Origin: Candidatus Bathyarchaeota archaeon
Lineage (GTDB): Archaea; Thermoproteota; Bathyarchaeia; 40CM-2-53-6
DNA: 64,000 bases
Assembly (NCBI GenBank): GCA_963733055.1
Contig: CAVTBR010000001.1
Location: 800,001-864,000 of the forward strand
Direction of reading: 5' to 3'
The notes under the pieces were generated by a model. That model had not been told where the DNA came from, searched no databases, and saw nothing but the letters and a program-made list of their open reading frames with translations. The translations under genes and the position numbers were made by a program. How positions within the stretch are numbered: the first letter of the stretch is position 1; every line of letters begins with the position of its first letter. Shown here in pieces: positions 51,761 to 61,682 of the stretch.

Positions 51761-52183
51761 CTACATTTTTGCTAGATTTGCCTGATCTTCGTCAAATACG
51801 GTCTGAAGGAAGCCCATGACTGCTTTTTTCAGCTGATCGTCTGGCATTGCTGAGGATTTCCATTCCCCAACCACTGTTACGCCAGTTTCCTTTCCCTTTG
51901 GTGTATAGTACTGTAACGATTTCGAACCTGCGAAAGGCCCATCTAAGATATCGAAGAACAGGCCTAACGGAGGCAGGGGCGTGAGCTTAGTTCTGACGGT
52001 TGCCAGCTTACTCCCCATATCTACGTCATAGGTGAGGATCATGCCGCCCTCGCTTTGTTCACTTCTAAGATTCTTCAGGCTAGGATGATTGTGCTGTCCT
52101 TCGGACAGATTCAATTTCCAAATCTTGTCCAAGGATGCTTTGAATGTGCTTCCTTCATCCATTATGAATACCACATACTTCAC
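51761..52183 (-). CDS. SRPBCC/START-fold protein (paralogue of the preceding gene)
   Basis: DEGSTFKASLDKIW...LDGPFAGS...FDED. Confidence 0.7.
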   Translation of the reverse strand: MKYVVFIMDEGSTFKASLDKIWKLNLSEGQHNHPSLKNLRSEQSEGGMILTYDVDMGSKLATVRTKLTPLPPLGLFFDILDGPFAGSKSLQYYTPKGKETGVTVVGEWKSSAMPDDQLKKAVMGFLQTVFDEDQANLAKM

Positions 52184-52196
52184 CTCCCACTGTTTG

Positions 52197-52766
52197 TCAT
52201 CGTGTACTAGATGACGACTTCACGCGTGTGTCCATTGCTCTCTGCCAGCGTTGCATCCAGGCTGTTTCGTTCTCCTTCCACCATCTGTCGAACTCGTCCT
52301 TTGGGTGTTCGAGATAGTATTTCAGAACCTCACCGGCTAACATTTCCCAACCGACTTCGGTCCCCCAGTATGATTCGTCGCGTTCCGGGAAGCCCTGGTG
52401 TGTTATCGTTACCTTGGTGCCTCTCCCGGCTTTTTCGAACTTGACCGTAACCTTCGTCGGGCTCGTATCCATCCAGCTAGGAACTTTCTTGCCGGTTTCA
52501 GCGTCGTAATCGTTCATTTGCCACGTATAGACGAGAAGTTCGTTTGGGACAACATCTAGTAGCTCGCCGGTGGCAACGTATCCATCTGTTTCACGTCCCA
52601 TTTTCCATTTTCCGCCTTTCCGAGGCTCAATCTCATAATGGTCCGCCATCCACTCTTGCACATCCTCCTTATTCGTAAACGCCTTGAAGACTCGTTCAGG
52701 CGGAGCTTCGATCTGTAGAACCTTAACAATAGTACCCTTCATTGAATCCGTATCAGGTTGAGGCAT
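52197..52766 (-). CDS. SRPBCC Aha1-like protein
   Basis: IEAPPERVFKAFT...W, LVYTW, TKVTITH and GW. Confidence 0.82.
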   Translation of the reverse strand: MPQPDTDSMKGTIVKVLQIEAPPERVFKAFTNKEDVQEWMADHYEIEPRKGGKWKMGRETDGYVATGELLDVVPNELLVYTWQMNDYDAETGKKVPSWMDTSPTKVTVKFEKAGRGTKVTITHQGFPERDESYWGTEVGWEMLAGEVLKYYLEHPKDEFDRWWKENETAWMQRWQRAMDTRVKSSSSTR

Positions 52767-52829
52767 CTATCTTACCGATGGTTAAATGGGGAATTAACTA
52801 CTTATACCGTTGGCTAGTTAAAATCAAAC

Positions 52830-53759
52830 ATGCCCAGACCAAAACCAACCGTTCTAGCCCGCCAGCTGTGGGGAAGGCGCGTCGCCGTTGAGGTAAAGAT
52901 AGATTCCGGCGAGAATCTTCGACGTCAAATAACCACCGTACGCAGAGCCCTAAACTCCCCCACTTTGGCTGAAATCTTTCTCTTAATGGTAAAGGGTGCC
53001 AGTTCCCCGAGCGAGTTGGCGCGGGAGACGAGGAAATCCAAGTATGCCGTGAGCATTCAATTGGCAGCCTTGAAACGAGTCGGTCTCGTGAAGACCTCCA
53101 ACCTGATAGTCGTGGACATGCGCCGTAAGAGTTACGAAATCGTTTGGGAAAAATTCGGAGAAATCTTCAAACAAGATCACGCGCTAGAATTAGAAATCTA
53201 TGCAAATCAGCTCAGCGTGGTGGGGCTGAATGAAGTTCAAGGAGACATATCACGAGTCGGGCTCGCGATTACTGGGAATGGGAAACTTGGGCTGGTGAGG
53301 GAAATTCTGCCGCGAGATGTCTTAGTTCCCAATATGAATCAAGTTGGGCCGCAAGTAAATCAGCTGATTTGGGAATTCGTCGAGTTCTTCAAAGGCTACA
53401 TGAAAGAACGTCGCTTCAATACAATCCACGAATACCTTCTCGGTGTTTATGAGGAACTTTCCGAGCGCCATTCCAGGCTGCCAAGGAATTCAGAACTCTC
53501 ACGGTTCTTTGAATTCAATGACCGTGCCTTCAAGAGAATAATGCCCGTCGAACAAATTTGGAGAAAATACCTGCCCAAGAAACCGAAGGCTAACTTCCTT
53601 CTCTACAAGGAAAAACCCGTGAAGGAATTTGCCATCAAATTGTTCGCGGAGGCGGGAAGCGCCGACCCCTCAGGCCGTTACATATTGAATGCTGAGGCAC
53701 AAGCGGCCATCAAGCCAGGAGTGCCCCTCAGAATCTATCCAGCATATACCTACTCGTAG
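52830..53759 (+). CDS. ArsR-like winged-helix regulator with a C-terminal extension
   Basis: ALNSPTLAEIF...SPSELARETRKSKYAVSIQLAALKRVGLV...RRKSY. Confidence 0.72.
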   Translation: MPRPKPTVLARQLWGRRVAVEVKIDSGENLRRQITTVRRALNSPTLAEIFLLMVKGASSPSELARETRKSKYAVSIQLAALKRVGLVKTSNLIVVDMRRKSYEIVWEKFGEIFKQDHALELEIYANQLSVVGLNEVQGDISRVGLAITGNGKLGLVREILPRDVLVPNMNQVGPQVNQLIWEFVEFFKGYMKERRFNTIHEYLLGVYEELSERHSRLPRNSELSRFFEFNDRAFKRIMPVEQIWRKYLPKKPKANFLLYKEKPVKEFAIKLFAEAGSADPSGRYILNAEAQAAIKPGVPLRIYPAYTYS

Positions 53760-53804
53760 CCCGAAATCTCAAGCTGTTGAAAAGTAAGATAGTTCTCGAA
53801 TGTT

Positions 53805-54917
53805 TCAGATGGTCAGTTTGCCGTTTTGAACGATGGTGTTTCCGTTGACGGATAGTGTGGCCTTTGTGAGGATGCCTGGGAAATAGAAATCGGTCTTGTT
53901 CGCTCCACCGATGTCGTCGTTGCCGCCAATTGCAACTGTAATTGCGCCCGCAGTTATACCATCCTGCAGAAAACCTATTCTTGCCTTAGGATTCAAGCCC
54001 ACACCAACAACTGCTATCCTGTTCTTTTCGCCGGATGCTTTATCGTAACTCGCCTTGAAATGCCCAAAGTTCTGTGTCCCTCGGTAGTTGGTGACTATGC
54101 CGTCTTTGAAATCCAGACGGATTCCACCTACCCACTTGCCCATGTACGCGGTTGGTCTATCAAAGACAACCCTTCCCTCCGCAAACGTTTCATCCGGGCA
54201 AACAAAGACGTGACCGCCAGGGATGTTGGCTACGTTCCTTCCGTGGTCTAGATCGGCATCATCGACTATGCAATCCTCTGAGTCCGCATCTCGGCCTGCC
54301 AGCCGGAGGTTCAAGTTTGTTCCGTTGGGAGACGTAATCTTAACGTCGCCGTTCTTCAATGAGGGAGTTAGTTTCGTTACTTGGTCTCTCAACGCAGCGA
54401 AATCAACAGTAGATGCTGCGATTAGCATTCGCTGCCACGCGGCTAATGGGAGCCTGTATAAGCGAGCCCGATTGGGGCTGGCATAGCCTAAACCGATCCG
54501 GGCCCCTTTCAGCCGGTACCGTTTAGCTCTCTCATACCATTCCTCATTATAGCTTGTAGCCGCTCTGAACTTTGAAGGGTTCTTCCAGACCTTAGAGAAC
54601 TCGGCCGGTCCGGGGATGAAGATGTATCCCTTAGCTTTCTCAATCGCCGCCCACTCATGCACACCTACTTTACCCAGCTTATCTTCCGAAAGCGATTCAA
54701 CTGACTGCCAGAACGTTCTCTCATGCTCAAACAATAACATCGGGCGCACGCCTAACTCACGCAGTCGATAAATGAAATTCGTGGCGATAGGCAGGCCATG
54801 ATCCCAAGTTTCGACAATTACATCATCGCCTGAGTGAATCGCGAGCGTTTTGGAAAGAACGTTATCAACGAGATGATCATAATTGGCTAAGGCCATGATC
54901 CGCAAGCAAGCGAACAC
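53805..54917 (-). CDS. M29 (thermophilic aminopeptidase) family homologue lacking canonical metal ligands
   Basis: ITSPNGTNL, NIPGG, P...AEGRVVFD, LDFKDG and GVGLNP. Confidence 0.78.
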   Translation of the reverse strand: MFACLRIMALANYDHLVDNVLSKTLAIHSGDDVIVETWDHGLPIATNFIYRLRELGVRPMLLFEHERTFWQSVESLSEDKLGKVGVHEWAAIEKAKGYIFIPGPAEFSKVWKNPSKFRAATSYNEEWYERAKRYRLKGARIGLGYASPNRARLYRLPLAAWQRMLIAASTVDFAALRDQVTKLTPSLKNGDVKITSPNGTNLNLRLAGRDADSEDCIVDDADLDHGRNVANIPGGHVFVCPDETFAEGRVVFDRPTAYMGKWVGGIRLDFKDGIVTNYRGTQNFGHFKASYDKASGEKNRIAVVGVGLNPKARIGFLQDGITAGAITVAIGGNDDIGGANKTDFYFPGILTKATLSVNGNTIVQNGKLTI

Positions 54918-55057
54918 CCCTCATTAAAGATTGGCCATGAACAGTTTTCGATTCCGGATCAAGTCTGGAGCGCAGAAGACTTTCTTCTACTTTGTCTCTT
55001 CAGGAAGCAGCATGAAATACTGAAGATGAGATGTATTAGTTTGCAAGGTGCTGCGAA

Positions 55058-55633
55058 TTGAGTGATCTGATTCTAAACAAAGAGAACACATCCCTAGTAG
55101 TCATCGACCTCCAAAAAGGAGTCACATCGATGTCGACTGAGCCGTATGACACGAAGACTGTAATATCCAACGCCGCGAAGTTGGCTAACGCTTTCAGAGA
55201 AAACAAGATGTCTGTCTTCCTCGTCCATGTATCCCACTCGAAAGGAACCGCTCTTCAACCGATGGCCGACACCGCAATGCCATCAAATGGAGAGATGCCT
55301 GCGGATTGGGCGGATATAGTACCGGAGTTGGGCCCTGCGCCTTCTGACGTGGTGATAACCAAGAGGCAGTGGGGAGCGTTCTTCGGAACTGACCTTGATC
55401 TTAGGCTCAGACGCGGAGGAATCAACACAATTGTGCTCGCGGGCATCGCAACGACTTACGGTGTCGAAAGCACCGCCAGGTTCGCGTATGAGTATGGCTA
55501 CCAGCAAGTCTTCGCCGAAGACGCCATGTCAGACCGTTCCACGGAAGCCCATAAAAGTTCCATCGAGTTCGTCCTGAAAAGGATTGGAAGAGTGAGGAAG
55601 ACAGCGGAGATTCTGCAAGCATTGAAAGGGTGA
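55058..55633 (+). CDS. Isochorismatase-family hydrolase (YecD-like)
   Basis: VIDLQKG, KRQWGAF and GIATTYGVESTAR. Confidence 0.88.
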   Translation: MSDLILNKENTSLVVIDLQKGVTSMSTEPYDTKTVISNAAKLANAFRENKMSVFLVHVSHSKGTALQPMADTAMPSNGEMPADWADIVPELGPAPSDVVITKRQWGAFFGTDLDLRLRRGGINTIVLAGIATTYGVESTARFAYEYGYQQVFAEDAMSDRSTEAHKSSIEFVLKRIGRVRKTAEILQALKG

Positions 55634-55769
55634 CACATCATTCCAACTGAGTTCGATGATTCGGGTTGGCGAGAGCTTCCCGATTAACTCGTTTTCAGGT
55701 AGGTCGACATTTCTTTGGGTAGGCAAAAGTTTTCATTTTGATTTGCCGTAATAACACATTGAATCTTCA

Positions 55770-56618
55770 ATGTCCTGGAAATATACGGACGAATATTACA
55801 AGAATTATACACGTGAAACTTGGGACGCCTGCGCAGAACAGTACGTTCCTATCTCAAAACAATTGGCTCCATTTCAGAAATCCATACTGGACTTGGTCAA
55901 ACCTGGTCAAGGAGAAACTGTCTTAGATATCTGCACTGGTCCTGGCGAACCGGCAATGAGTATCGCTTCGATCATAGGGCCAAGTGGTCGTGTGGTCGGA
56001 ATAGATCTCTCTTCAAGTATGACGGATATCGCGAAGAAAAATGCTGAGAAGAGAGGGCTGGTGAACGTTGATTTCCTAACAATGGATGCCGAGAAGCTCG
56101 AGTTTCCATCGAACAGTTTCGATGTCGCTGTCTCGTGTTTTGGTTTCCAAATCGTAACGCAACCCGAAGCAGCGGCAAAGGAAATATTTCGTGTCCTTAA
56201 GCCAAGTGGTCGCGCAGGCTTCACAATTTGGAGCACGGGAGACCAATCACCTGCACTCCACGTGCTCGTGGGTCCAATGTTAGAACACGCGACACCTGAT
56301 GAAGATGGATACTTACCCACACCATACGAGCTCGGAGGGCCAGGGGAGCTTACGGCAATGTTGGATGGGTTAGGCTTTGTGGACTCGAAGGAGTTCAGGA
56401 TGAGAGGAAATTTCGAAGCGGAGTCCGCTGAGGCTTACCTAACCATGTTTATGGATGGTTCACCGCTCGGCCACTCGTTGAGTGAAGAGTCCAGAGAAGT
56501 TCAAGATGAGGTGTTAAAGGACGCAAGGGAACGTATAGGGCGGTATGCGTCCGATGGGAAGATTTCTATTCCTGCCGAATGCGTCATGGTTGTAACCCGG
56601 AAACCAAACGTCTCTTAG
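55770..56618 (+). CDS. Class I SAM-dependent methyltransferase
   Basis: VLDICTGPGEP, GIDLS, DAEKL and RVLKPSG. Confidence 0.9.
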   Translation: MSWKYTDEYYKNYTRETWDACAEQYVPISKQLAPFQKSILDLVKPGQGETVLDICTGPGEPAMSIASIIGPSGRVVGIDLSSSMTDIAKKNAEKRGLVNVDFLTMDAEKLEFPSNSFDVAVSCFGFQIVTQPEAAAKEIFRVLKPSGRAGFTIWSTGDQSPALHVLVGPMLEHATPDEDGYLPTPYELGGPGELTAMLDGLGFVDSKEFRMRGNFEAESAEAYLTMFMDGSPLGHSLSEESREVQDEVLKDARERIGRYASDGKISIPAECVMVVTRKPNVS

Positions 56619-56647
56619 AGTCGGATGATCCGACAGTATTCTAATCT

Positions 56648-57226
56648 TTACAGTGCCTTCAAGTCTTCTGGCGTGTCGATATCCTTCAGAGTACTTGGCG
56701 AGCCAGTTTCAACGAGACAAACCTCCCCTTTGTGTTTCTGAACCACGGCTTTCAAGCCGAAAGTCTGTTCATTAATACGCTCTATCTCAGGGAAGAGTTG
56801 TTTATCGAAGAGAATTGGGTGTCCAGATTGGTCCTTATGGGCTGCGATAACTATCGAATGTTTCCCGCGTCCGTATTCCTCTATGACCAAATTGATTGAC
56901 CGAAAGTCTACCATCGCAACATCACCAGGCAAAACCAACATGGCGCGTGTCATTGGACTAACTTCGCCAAGCCCGATCTTAACGGAGCTGCTCTGCCCTT
57001 TCTCGTAGTTCTTATTGACAATCAATCGGCAAGGGAGATCTGTGAGCACTTTCTGAACCTTACTCGCTTCGAAGCCGAGTACGACGATGACCTCGTCCAC
57101 TTTTGATTCCAGTGTTGCTTGAACAACTCTTCGAATCATCGGAGTCCCTTGAATCTTGGTGAGGAGTTTGTTCTTGCCGTGCATCCGAGCGGATTTTCCA
57201 GCGGCTAATACGATCATTGATAACAT
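56648..57226 (-). CDS. mocA: Molybdenum cofactor cytidylyltransferase (MocA-like NTP transferase)
   Basis: LAAGKSARM..NKLL, GQSSS, GHPILF and DIDTPED. Confidence 0.82.
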   Translation of the reverse strand: MLSMIVLAAGKSARMHGKNKLLTKIQGTPMIRRVVQATLESKVDEVIVVLGFEASKVQKVLTDLPCRLIVNKNYEKGQSSSVKIGLGEVSPMTRAMLVLPGDVAMVDFRSINLVIEEYGRGKHSIVIAAHKDQSGHPILFDKQLFPEIERINEQTFGLKAVVQKHKGEVCLVETGSPSTLKDIDTPEDLKAL

Positions 57227-57229
57227 AGC

Positions 57230-58584
57230 TTACGTCACCCCATCTACAGGAGCCATGGGTAAGAACTCTGCACTGCCGGGTGTACCTACTAGTTGTTGGT
57301 CTTGGTAGATTATTTGGCCGCGCCGCATAGTAAGGATGGGCCAGCCTTTCAGTGTCCAGCCCTCGTATGGTGTCCAGTCAACCTTCTGGTGAAGGTCTTC
57401 ACCTCTGACCTTTCTTTTCATCTTCAAGTCGATTACTACGAGGTCGGCATCGGCTCCTTCCTTTATGATGCCCTTTCTTGGGTAGTTGCCGAAGATTTTG
57501 GCTGGGCTCTCACAGCAGACTCTTTGGAGTGTTGGCAGGGTTAGGCGGTTTTTGTTTACTCCTTCGCTCAACAGGACGGGTAGCATTGTTTCAATGGCTG
57601 GAACACCTCCCCAAGCTTTCCAAATATCGGACCACCCCACTTCCTTCTCCTCTCTAGTACCCGGAGCATGTTCCGAGGTAACGATGTCGACGGTCCCATC
57701 CCGAAGGCCCTTCCAGAGGGCGTCGACATCCTTTGGGCTCTTGAGTGACGGGTTCATCTTCAGGTAGGGTCCCTGCTTCTTCATGTCTTTACGGGTAAAT
57801 GTAAGATAGTGAGGGCAGGTTTCCGTTGTCACCCTTACGCCATCCTTCTTCGCTTTCTTGACGGCGGCAACTCCTTCACGAGTTGACATGTGCGAGATGT
57901 GGAGGCGGGCGCCTATTCCCCGAGCAAATTCAATCACCTTCTTCACCGCCCGTTCCTCGACGACGTTCGGCTTCCATTCCGCGTGCGCCAAGGGCTCCTT
58001 CCTACCTTCTGACAACAGTTTCTGTAGGTTGTCGTTCGCGAGCTGTTCATCTTCGGCGTGAACGTTCAAAATTGAATGCTGCATTGCTGTTTCCCGCATG
58101 AGCGACATGAGTGTGTGGTCGTCGGCGTAGTAGGGTTTGCAAGTGAAAGTCTTGAACGAACGCACGCCCAGCTGTGCAATTTCGGCAATGTTTGGCAGGT
58201 TGCTCAAATTCATCATCCCTGCGTGAAAGGAGAAATCAATCAATGAGCTCCGCCGTCCCTCCTCAATCTTGACCCGGACCCGTTCGGCTGAATCGACCGG
58301 AGTTGAGAGAACCATCTCAATCACCGTGGTGACACCTCCTGCAGCCGCTGCAGACGTCCCACTTGTGAAATCTTCCCGGTTCGTGAAAGCGGGATCATAA
58401 AGGTGGGCATGCCCGTCCACCAAGCCAGGCATGACGAATCGCCCCTTGGCATCAATTCTCTGATCCGTGCTCGGTTTCTTTGAGACGGTGACGGACTTGA
58501 TTTTTCCTTCTTCGATCAAAATGTTTGCGCGCGTAAGTTTGTTCGCGGCAGAATTCTTGCGTTTTCAACGAGAGTAGTCGACAA
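57230..58584 (-). CDS. Cyclic amidohydrolase (allantoinase/dihydropyrimidinase/dihydroorotase family), one base missing near 58550
   Basis: DGHAH, GGVTT, SFK, HAED, HISH, ETCPHYL, KMNPSL and SEHAP. The N-terminus MSTTLVENARI from TTG 58584 is in another frame. Confidence 0.88.
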
Positions 58585-58654
58585 AGCGTCCTACCTTGAC
58601 GAATCTTCGAATCGAATTATATCAAGGAACTGTATCAAATAGCCTCTGAATAGG

Positions 58655-59602
58655 TTGAAGATTATGGAGCTCTCCACTCGAAGTTGCACGTTGGCTGTTC
58701 TGATCGGGTGTGCCCTCTGCATCGGCTTCACTCCCACAGCACAGGCCGCCCCCGGACCGAACACTGTTCTTGTCGGAATTTACGTGCTTAACGTCGGAGA
58801 AATCGATCTTAGGACGGGGTCCTACACAATGGATTTTTACTTATCCATGCGTTGCCCAACCGTCGCCCCCTGCAACTTTGGATCATTCGAATTCATGAAT
58901 GGACGGGCCTCGTCAATTAGTTTACAGGAGAACACAACCACTGAGAGGTTCTGGCGAATTCAAGCGAACCTTTACGAGAACTTAGACCTACATAAGTATC
59001 CTTTCGATTCACACAATTTGCTCATTCAGATTGAAGACCAATCGCTAACGAAGCAGAACCTCACTTACCAACCTGATCCGAACTATAGTGCACTCGCGCC
59101 TTCTATCGTGGTTGTTGGTTGGTCGGTGACTGGATGGAGTCAATCTGTCGTAGACGATTATTACCAGGTTTACAATGAAACCTATTCGCGATACACGTTC
59201 TCTCTAACCTTGGAGAGGGAGCCGACATCAGCGGTGGCGATCTTCATTCCAGTCCTACTGTTGACAATCATCGCGCTGATGGCGACGCTGATGTATGGAG
59301 ACGTCAGTTCGGTCTTTGAGAATCGAATTCTCCTGTCCGCATCACTTCTAATTGCGGCAGTTTTGTTCCAATTCAGCCTGGACAGTAACCTGCCACCGCT
59401 TGGTTATCTGACGTTCGCGGATTGGTTTATGATAGCGACGTACTTTGTTATGATGGCAGGATTGATTAGCGGCATTTTGGTTCTTAACTACCATCACCGA
59501 AAGGAGGCCGCCAAGGTCGAGAAAATCCGCCGCTACTCCACATGGCTGTTGCCTGGGCTCGCTATCATCCTGTACTTGCTTGTCTTTCTATTACTTGCCT
59601 AG
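58655..59602 (+). CDS. Pentameric ligand-gated ion channel (prokaryotic Cys/Pro-loop family)
   Basis: Signal peptide, VGIYV..ID...SYTMDFYL, HKYPFDSH Pro-loop, pre-M1 LER, four TM helices and the M2-M3 LPPLGYLTFAD. Confidence 0.82.
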   Translation: MKIMELSTRSCTLAVLIGCALCIGFTPTAQAAPGPNTVLVGIYVLNVGEIDLRTGSYTMDFYLSMRCPTVAPCNFGSFEFMNGRASSISLQENTTTERFWRIQANLYENLDLHKYPFDSHNLLIQIEDQSLTKQNLTYQPDPNYSALAPSIVVVGWSVTGWSQSVVDDYYQVYNETYSRYTFSLTLEREPTSAVAIFIPVLLLTIIALMATLMYGDVSSVFENRILLSASLLIAAVLFQFSLDSNLPPLGYLTFADWFMIATYFVMMAGLISGILVLNYHHRKEAAKVEKIRRYSTWLLPGLAIILYLLVFLLLA

Positions 59603-59636
59603 TTCCGGTGGTCAAACTAAGGAAGTAAGAAAAATG

Positions 59637-60245
59637 CTAGCGTTCAGTATCAGCTTCTATTACTCGCGCGAGTGACTCGGCCATGTTCCGATAGCTTGTA
59701 ACGTCTGGATGATATCCGTCTGGCGAAACACGCAAACGGTCTCTGTTTTCCGGATCTGCAACTGCAAGGTTTGTGTCGCAGAACGGGATTTCTAGTCGGT
59801 TGGCAGTATACTCTATCCAACTGTTCAGATCCCTGATTGCCGTGACTTCTGCGCGAGAAGCTGTGTTGTACGGGAGTACGGAAGCCGATACAGGTCGGAT
59901 TCCAGCCGAAATTGAATTCTGGTACATGAGAAGGAGGTTATTTTTGGTAGATTCCAGTGGCGCGCCCTGAAAGATATCGTTCACACCCGCGAGAATAATT
60001 ACATAGTTTGGCTTATCCTCGGTTACGTCACGATCAAACCTTGCTAAGATTTCATCTGACCTCTGGCCATCAATCCCCCTATTCAGGACTGTCCATTCAG
60101 GGTGTGTCTTCATCATCCAATACGCGTACTGGCTTTCAGGATTACCGCGTCCCTCCGGTGGGGCTTCGAGGGGAGAGAGGAAGCCCGGTGTCCCAGCAGT
60201 GGTGGAATCGCCTAACCCAACTATTCGAAGCTTCACCGGCAACAA
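59637..60245 (-). CDS. SGNH/GDSL hydrolase
   Basis: GDSTT, NRGIDG, GVND and DGYHP. Confidence 0.9.
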   Translation of the reverse strand: MLPVKLRIVGLGDSTTAGTPGFLSPLEAPPEGRGNPESQYAYWMMKTHPEWTVLNRGIDGQRSDEILARFDRDVTEDKPNYVIILAGVNDIFQGAPLESTKNNLLLMYQNSISAGIRPVSASVLPYNTASRAEVTAIRDLNSWIEYTANRLEIPFCDTNLAVADPENRDRLRVSPDGYHPDVTSYRNMAESLARVIEADTER

Positions 60246-60286
60246 CCTATTCTATCCGATAGCTCCACCATGGGACGGTTTCAGTT

Positions 60287-61651
60287 TTGGTTGATCTCCT
60301 CATAAAGAATGGCGTTCTAGTCACAATGGACGCGAAACGACGAATTCTAGAAGGCCACGCCATAGCCGTTGAGTCAGGTCGAGTCGTTGAAATTGGCAGG
60401 ACTGCCGACTTAGAGAAGGAGCACGGTCGGGCCGAGGTTATCGACGCCGCAGGAAGAATCGTTATGCCGGGGATAGTTTGCAGCCACTCCCACCTTTACG
60501 GCATGTTGCTTCGAGGAGCATCCCTAAACATAGAGCCGCCTTCCGATTTCACTCAAATCCTCCAGCGAGTCTGGTGGCCAGTTGACGAGGCGATGAATTT
60601 TGAGGACGCCTACGCAAGCGCTCTCGTAGCCTGCCTGGAGTTCGCGAAATCAGGCGTAACTACATTCGCCGACACCTATTCCGGCCCTAATTCGATCTCC
60701 GGCGTGCTAGATCACATAGCGAGGGCGGTTGGGGAGGTCGGGATAAGGGGATTCATCGCTTACGAAGCTACTGAACGTCACTCAGCAGAGGAGGGCAACA
60801 GTGGGGTTCAGGAGAACGTTCGGTTCGCGGAGAGCGTCAAACCTGAGAGTAAAGCAAGGCCCCTCTTCAGCATCCACGCCTCCTTCACGGTCTCCGACGC
60901 CCTCATACGCCGCGTCAAACAGTCGGCCCAAAAATATCATGCGCCGATTACAATTCACGCATCAGAAGGGTTAGGTGATTTGCATCATAATATGGAGAAC
61001 TACGGCAAACGAACAGTAGAACGTCTCCGCGACGTAGGATTGCTTGGCCCCGATGTTGTCCTTGCACATTGCGTCAATCTCGATGAGAAGGAGATTGATA
61101 TTCTCAAGGAAACTGAGACCGGGGTCGCACATAACCCCATGAGTAACATGTTAAACGCGGTTGGTGTTGCGCCTCTTCTTCAAATGCTTAGGCGAAACGT
61201 TAGGGTTGGGCTAGGAAACGACGGTTACATTTTCGATATGTTCGAGAACATGCGATCAGCATTCCTGCTACACCGGGTGCACCACAAGGATCCTAACGCG
61301 ATCGACCCGTACACAATTCTAGAAATGGCGACTGTAAACGGGGCAGGGCTTTACGGTGTGAGAAAAGAGGTAGGTTCGATTGAGATTGGGAAGAAGGCTG
61401 ACATAATTCTAATCAAACCAAGCGTTCTCCCCACACCCCTCAACCCGAGCAGCGTCGTCGGACATTTAATCAATACAGTGGACGGGGACGACGTAGAAAC
61501 GGTCCTCGTCGACGGAAAACCGATCGTTATGAATCACAAGCTAGTTAGCTTCGACGAAGAGAAGGCCCAAGCTATATCACAGGCAGCGGCCGCAAAACTC
61601 TGGGCCCGACTGAAAACCGCCAAGCCAGAAATCGATCCACTCAGAAAATAG
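60287..61651 (+). CDS. Amidohydrolase (SsnA/MtaD-like deaminase)
   Basis: CSHSH, HASF, HASE, LAHC, HNPMSN and LGND. Confidence 0.88.
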   Translation: MVDLLIKNGVLVTMDAKRRILEGHAIAVESGRVVEIGRTADLEKEHGRAEVIDAAGRIVMPGIVCSHSHLYGMLLRGASLNIEPPSDFTQILQRVWWPVDEAMNFEDAYASALVACLEFAKSGVTTFADTYSGPNSISGVLDHIARAVGEVGIRGFIAYEATERHSAEEGNSGVQENVRFAESVKPESKARPLFSIHASFTVSDALIRRVKQSAQKYHAPITIHASEGLGDLHHNMENYGKRTVERLRDVGLLGPDVVLAHCVNLDEKEIDILKETETGVAHNPMSNMLNAVGVAPLLQMLRRNVRVGLGNDGYIFDMFENMRSAFLLHRVHHKDPNAIDPYTILEMATVNGAGLYGVRKEVGSIEIGKKADIILIKPSVLPTPLNPSSVVGHLINTVDGDDVETVLVDGKPIVMNHKLVSFDEEKAQAISQAAAAKLWARLKTAKPEIDPLRK

Positions 61652-61682
61652 CCGATCCAATCGGAAACCCTCGTGTAGCTCG

